Below, one piece after another: positions 59,740-64,000 of a stretch of DNA of 64,000 bases. The notes under the pieces are model-generated. The model did no database searches and had not been told where the DNA came from. It was given only the letters and a program-made list of their open reading frames with translations. Numbering within the stretch: position 1 is the first letter of the stretch; every line of letters begins with the position of its first letter. The stretch is from positions 2,592,001 through 2,656,000 of the forward strand of contig OZ241841.1 in assembly GCA_965202665.1 (NCBI GenBank). Direction: 5' to 3'. The DNA comes from Candidatus Spongiisociaceae bacterium. GTDB lineage: Bacteria > Actinomycetota > Acidimicrobiia > Spongiisociales > Spongiisociaceae. Both the position numbers and the translations under genes were made by a program.

Positions 59740-61731
59740 GTGCTGGTTCCCGGCAGCGCCACCGCGTTGCTGACCCTGTCGGTGGCGGTGGGCATGGCGG
59801 TGGGGGTGGCCGCCTCGGCCCTCATTTTCGTGTTGGAAACGATGTCCGATTGGCTGGGTTCCCTCACCGAAACCCAACGGCTGGTTCCGTTGGCCCTCAC
59901 CCCGCTGGGTTTGACTACGGCCTGGTTGATAACCCGCCGTTTGGCCCCGGAAGCGGCCGGGGACGGAGTGCCGGAAACCCTGGTGGCCCTAGGTACGGAC
60001 CGGGGGCGCATACGGGGACGGGTGGCCCCCATCAAAGGAGCGGCCACCGCCCTCACCGTCGGGTTGGGGGGCAGCGCCGGCCGGGAAGGGCCGATGGTGC
60101 ACATCGGCGGTTCGCTGGGGTCGCTGGCCGCCCGTTGGTTCGGGTTGGGGGAGGATCAGGTGCGCAGCCTGGTGGCGGCCGGGGCGGGGGCGGGGATCGG
60201 GGCTTCCTTCAACGCCCCCATCGCCGGAATGTTGTTCGCCATCGAAATCCTGTTGCGCAACTTCTCCATCCGCCACATTTCCTCCGTGGTGGTGTGTTCG
60301 GTGGCCGCCGCGGTCACCACCCGCTCCATCGTGGGGGAGGAGCTGATTCTGCGGGCCTTCCCCTTCCGGATGGAGGAGCCCCGGGAGCTGGTTTTGTACG
60401 CGGCGCTGGGCGTGCTGGCGGTGGGCGCCGGCTGGCTGTTGCTCAAACTCACCTCCTGGTTGGAGGACCGGAGAATATTCCACTCCGCCCGCTGGACCAC
60501 CCCGGCGCTGGCCGGGCTGATCGTGGGCGGGCTGGGCGCGGCGGATCCCCGCCTCCTGTCCAGTGGCGGGGAACTGGTGGCCGGCCTGGTGCGGTTCGAA
60601 CCGGAGATAGGGCTATGGTGGGTGCTGGGCCTGCTGGCGGCCGGCAAAATATTAGCTTCCTCGGTTACCTTCGCGGGCCGCGGTTCGGGCGGGGCTTTCA
60701 TGCCCAGCCTGTTCATCGGGGCCGCCTTGGGGGCCTCCTTCGCCCACCTGGCGGACGGGTTCTGGAACCTGTCCGTCCTGCAACCGGGCGCTTTCGCGGT
60801 GGTGGGCATGGCGGCCTCCTTCTCCGCCCTGGCCCGGGCTCCCCTGACCGCCATCATCATCGTGTTTGAAATAACCGGCGACTACGGCCTGGTCCTGCCC
60901 CTGATGCTGGCCTCCACTTTGGCCACCCTGCTGGGCGACCGGATCCACAAAGACGGGATTTACACCTACGGCCTGGTCAAAAAAGGCATCCGCCTGGCCC
61001 GTCGTCCGGAGGTGGACATCCTGGACACGATTACGGTCGGCGAGGTGATGAGCGCCGACCACCCCGCGGTCGGCCCGGAAATGACCACCGCCGAACTGCA
61101 GGGCATTTTCGACCGGCGGCGCATCCATGGGGCGGGTGTGGTGGAGGACGGGCGGCTGGTGGGGATCGTGACCGTCACCGACATTATCCGGGCGCAAGGC
61201 CCCAGCGACTCCGTTTCGGCGGCGGATGCCATGACCCGCAACCCGGTCACCGTCTCCACCGGGGCCGCCGTATCGCAGGCTATGGAAAGAATGGCCCGGC
61301 TGGGGGTGGGACGGTTGCCGGTGATGGCCGAGGACGACCCGGAGCGGCTGGCGGGGATGTTCCGCCGGGAGGACGCGGTGACCGCCTACCAGCGGGCTTT
61401 GGCGTCCGAGGTGAGCGGACAGCGGCAGGCGCAACGGCTGCGGGCCCGGATGCTGCCCGGGGCCGACTTCTTTGAATACCTGGTGGGGGAGGGGACGGCC
61501 CTGGCGGGCAAAAAGGTGCGGGAAGCGTCCTGGCCGGAAGGCTGCACGTTGGTTTCCATCCAACGGGGAGCGGACGTGTTCGTGCCCACCGGCGAGACCG
61601 GCTTGGCCGGGGGCGACGTGCTGACCATCTACGGAACCACCGGCGGCCGCCGCCGTTTGGAGGAACGGGCGGGGGCCGAACCCGCCGCTTCCCCGGAGGC
61701 TGATCAGCCGCTGTCGGAACCCTCCCGGTGA
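59740..61731 (+). CDS. CLC-family chloride channel with CBS pair and TrkA-C domain (start uncertain)
   Basis: 'GDGVP', 'GREGP', 'FNAPIAG', 'GGAFMP', 'APLTA..I.FEIT', two CBS domains, C-terminal RCK_C. Confidence 0.92.
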   Translation: MLVPGSATALLTLSVAVGMAVGVAASALIFVLETMSDWLGSLTETQRLVPLALTPLGLTTAWLITRRLAPEAAGDGVPETLVALGTDRGRIRGRVAPIKGAATALTVGLGGSAGREGPMVHIGGSLGSLAARWFGLGEDQVRSLVAAGAGAGIGASFNAPIAGMLFAIEILLRNFSIRHISSVVVCSVAAAVTTRSIVGEELILRAFPFRMEEPRELVLYAALGVLAVGAGWLLLKLTSWLEDRRIFHSARWTTPALAGLIVGGLGAADPRLLSSGGELVAGLVRFEPEIGLWWVLGLLAAGKILASSVTFAGRGSGGAFMPSLFIGAALGASFAHLADGFWNLSVLQPGAFAVVGMAASFSALARAPLTAIIIVFEITGDYGLVLPLMLASTLATLLGDRIHKDGIYTYGLVKKGIRLARRPEVDILDTITVGEVMSADHPAVGPEMTTAELQGIFDRRRIHGAGVVEDGRLVGIVTVTDIIRAQGPSDSVSAADAMTRNPVTVSTGAAVSQAMERMARLGVGRLPVMAEDDPERLAGMFRREDAVTAYQRALASEVSGQRQAQRLRARMLPGADFFEYLVGEGTALAGKKVREASWPEGCTLVSIQRGADVFVPTGETGLAGGDVLTIYGTTGGRRRLEERAGAEPAASPEADQPLSEPSR

Positions 61732-61772
61732 GCGGTTCCGATTAGCCGCCGGGCGTCGTAAAATGCCTTGAT

Positions 61773-62696
61773 ATGTCGCGGGCAATCGAGCGTTACATTA
61801 ACTTGCTGTCGTGCCTGGCCGCGGCCCGCAAGCCCCTCCTCATTGAGGAAATCCGCCAACAGGTGGCGGACTACGATCAAGAATCCTACGAGACTTTCCG
61901 GCGGATGTTTGAACGGGACAAGGACACCCTGCGCAACATGGGGGTGTCTTTGGAGATGCGGCCCATCGACGGCTGGGGGTTCGACGAGGGCTACGTGCTG
62001 GTGGAGGACTCGCAGTTGGTGGACGCCGGGCTGACCAGCGAAGAGCACGCCGCTTTGGCGGTGGCCATGCAAATGGTGCATGTGGCGGGCGGACAGGTGG
62101 GGGAGGACGGGCTGTTCAAACTGGGCGGAATGCCGATGCTGGACGCCGCCCCGCCGCAGGTGGCCGACCTGGGGCTGGACCCGGAGGTGCTGGGCGACGT
62201 GTTGCGGGCGGTGCGGGAACGGCGGCGCCTTACCTTCGACTACCGGGGGGTGCGGCGCATCACCGAACCGTACGGCCTGGCCTTTCTGCGGGGCGGCTGC
62301 TACCTGGTGGCGGTGGAGGCGGAGCAGGAGCGTCCCAAAAATTTCCGCATCTCCCGCATTCAGGAAGCGGAGGTGGGAACCAAACCGGAGGCTTTCACCC
62401 GTTCGCCCGGGGTTTCCCTGCGGAACGTGGAAAGGTTCGGGCGGTGGGAGGAGGGACCCGGCAAAATTCAGGCCCGGGTGCGCTGGAACCCGGAAGCGGT
62501 GTGGCTGGCCGCCCGGCGCCTGCCCGCCGGCGCCGAAGTGATCGAAATGCCGGACGGCGGGGCGGTGACGGAAATGACGGTGGGCGACACCGGGCATTTC
62601 CTGAACTGGATTCTCGGGTTCGGCCCGCTGGCGGAAATCCTGGAGCCCGCGGAACTGCGGGCCGACTTCATAGCCATGGTGCGGGGCGGACAATGA
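61773..62696 (+). CDS. pafB: WYL transcriptional regulator PafB
   Basis: 'FRRMFERDKDTLR.MG', WYL domain 'EPYGL...YLVA...NFRISRI', WCX domain. Confidence 0.9.
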   Translation: MSRAIERYINLLSCLAAARKPLLIEEIRQQVADYDQESYETFRRMFERDKDTLRNMGVSLEMRPIDGWGFDEGYVLVEDSQLVDAGLTSEEHAALAVAMQMVHVAGGQVGEDGLFKLGGMPMLDAAPPQVADLGLDPEVLGDVLRAVRERRRLTFDYRGVRRITEPYGLAFLRGGCYLVAVEAEQERPKNFRISRIQEAEVGTKPEAFTRSPGVSLRNVERFGRWEEGPGKIQARVRWNPEAVWLAARRLPAGAEVIEMPDGGAVTEMTVGDTGHFLNWILGFGPLAEILEPAELRADFIAMVRGGQ

Positions 62697-63625
62697 TCGC
62701 CGACCGCACCGAGCGCCGCCTGAGGCGCATCCTGTCCCTGCTTCCCTGGTTGAACGCCAACCCCTATTCGGAGGTGGGGGAGGTGGTGCGCCGCTTCGGT
62801 TACCGGAACGAAGGGGAACTGGTGCGGGACCTGTGGCTTCTGACCATGTGCGGTCCGCCCGGCCATTACCCGCACGAGATGATATGGGCCCAGTCCGAAG
62901 ACGGGATGGTGGTTTTGGAACAGGCTGAGCAGTTCGCAAGCCCCCTGCACCTGCGCCACATCGAGGCCCTGGTCCTGTTGGCGGCCGGCAAGTCGGTTAC
63001 GGGGGCGCAGGCGTCGTCCCCCGCCTTGGAGCGGGCGGTGGGCAAACTGGCCCGGGCCCTGCCCGGTTTGGACGAGATTCTGGTGGCGGAACTGCCCCCG
63101 GCCCCGGATACGGCCCTCCTTTTGCAACAGGCAGCCGCCGAACGGCGGGTGGCGGAAATAACCTATCTGTCGTTGCACGGCAATCGGGAAACCGTCCGCT
63201 TGGTGGAACCGTGGGCGGTGACCTCGCACGGCGAACACTGGTATCTGACCGCTTTCTGCCGCATGGCGCAGGACCGGCGGGTGTTCCGAGCGGACCGCAT
63301 CCGGGAGGCGGCGGTCACCGAAGAGGAGTTCGTGCCCCCCGACCCGGTTCCCCCGGCGGGGCCGCAGTTCGCCCCCGACGAGGACGGCCCCTATGCGGTG
63401 ATCGGCTTGCGTCCCGCCGCCCGGTGGGTGGCCGATTACTACCCGGCGGAGGTGATGTCCGAGGAGGCCGGGGAGACGGTGATCCGGTTTCCCTACTCCC
63501 ACCCCCGGGTTCCCACCCGTTTGCTGATGGGCCTGGGATCCTCCGCCCGGCTGATCGAAGGCGACGAGGTGCGGGAGGAGATGGGACGGTTGAGGTCGGA
63601 AATTCTGGCCCGCTACGGGGAGTAG
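62693..63625 (+). CDS. pafC: WYL transcriptional regulator PafC
   Basis: 'RLRRILSLLPWL', 'MCGPPG.YP', 'VEPW...HWYL...RVFRADRI', 'ARWVADYYP'. Confidence 0.9.
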   Translation: MIADRTERRLRRILSLLPWLNANPYSEVGEVVRRFGYRNEGELVRDLWLLTMCGPPGHYPHEMIWAQSEDGMVVLEQAEQFASPLHLRHIEALVLLAAGKSVTGAQASSPALERAVGKLARALPGLDEILVAELPPAPDTALLLQQAAAERRVAEITYLSLHGNRETVRLVEPWAVTSHGEHWYLTAFCRMAQDRRVFRADRIREAAVTEEEFVPPDPVPPAGPQFAPDEDGPYAVIGLRPAARWVADYYPAEVMSEEAGETVIRFPYSHPRVPTRLLMGLGSSARLIEGDEVREEMGRLRSEILARYGE

Positions 63626-63695
63626 GCCGGGCGGCGGGGCGGCGGGTTGGGGCGGAACGGCGGTTTTGCCCGGGCGAGGCTGTACCATTCCCCCT

Positions 63696-64000
63696 ATGTT
63701 TCAATCCCTGAGCGCCACCGAGATTCTCACCATCGCGGTGCTGGCCCTGATCGTGATCGGGCCCCGCCAACTGCCGGGCATCGCCCGTCGCATAGGGCGC
63801 TATCTGGGGGAGATCAAACGGGTGGCGGCCGGATTTCGGGAGGATTTGGAACGGGAGGTGGGTCCCATCAAGGAACCGTTGCAGGATTTGAAAGATACAG
63901 GCCGGGAGGTTTCCCGTCCGTTGGGGGACGTGCGGAAAAGCTTGGACGATGCGGCCGTCGCCGCCAAACGCCCCGCGGACAAGGGGGGAAGCGGGGAAGG
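63696..64000 (+). CDS. tatB: Twin-arginine translocase TatB/TatA-family subunit (3'-truncated)
   Basis: MFQSLSATEILTIAVLALIVIGPRQLPGIARRIGRYL. Upstream TACCAT -10. tat genes normally follow pafC. Confidence 0.85.
   Translation, partial: MFQSLSATEILTIAVLALIVIGPRQLPGIARRIGRYLGEIKRVAAGFREDLEREVGPIKEPLQDLKDTGREVSRPLGDVRKSLDDAAVAAKRPADKGGSGE

Overview
GC-rich actinobacterial chromosome segment, most likely Acidimicrobiia. This is inferred from the Pup-proteasome genes, mycothiol-type MscR, PafBC and SLH-anchored giant surface proteins. The core backbone is uvrB, uvrA-methyltransferase-uvrC-rapZ, pgk-tpiA-gpmA-secG, two mscR paralogs, tRNA-Leu(GAG), a sensor-kinase/partner-switching module, ppk2, trmI, arc-dop-pup-prcB-prcA-pafA, a CLC channel, pafBC and tatB. 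Accessory DNA interrupts this backbone in five places: (i) two convergent, colinear giant SLH surface-protein paralogs, one with a G11 tract inside a TTGACA/TAGCGT promoter spacer; (ii) a VapBC45-like toxin-antitoxin pair; (iii) a ~15 kb defence-type island between uvrB and uvrA; (iv) an isochorismatase + CorA-like membrane protein pair; (v) a 3-TM protein + possible HK97/encapsulin-like protein pair between pafA and pafB. The island holds two diverged copies of an unrecognised 'soluble protein + 3-TM protein' module, a DUF1883 protein, an SNF2-DUF3883/DUF1156/DUF499 restriction-like system whose methyltransferase is frameshifted by a C12 tract, a HEPN-like protein, and DUF6338 followed by two paralogous micro-proteins. 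All family assignments come from motif recognition by eye, with no database searches. Homopolymer lengths could be assembly errors.
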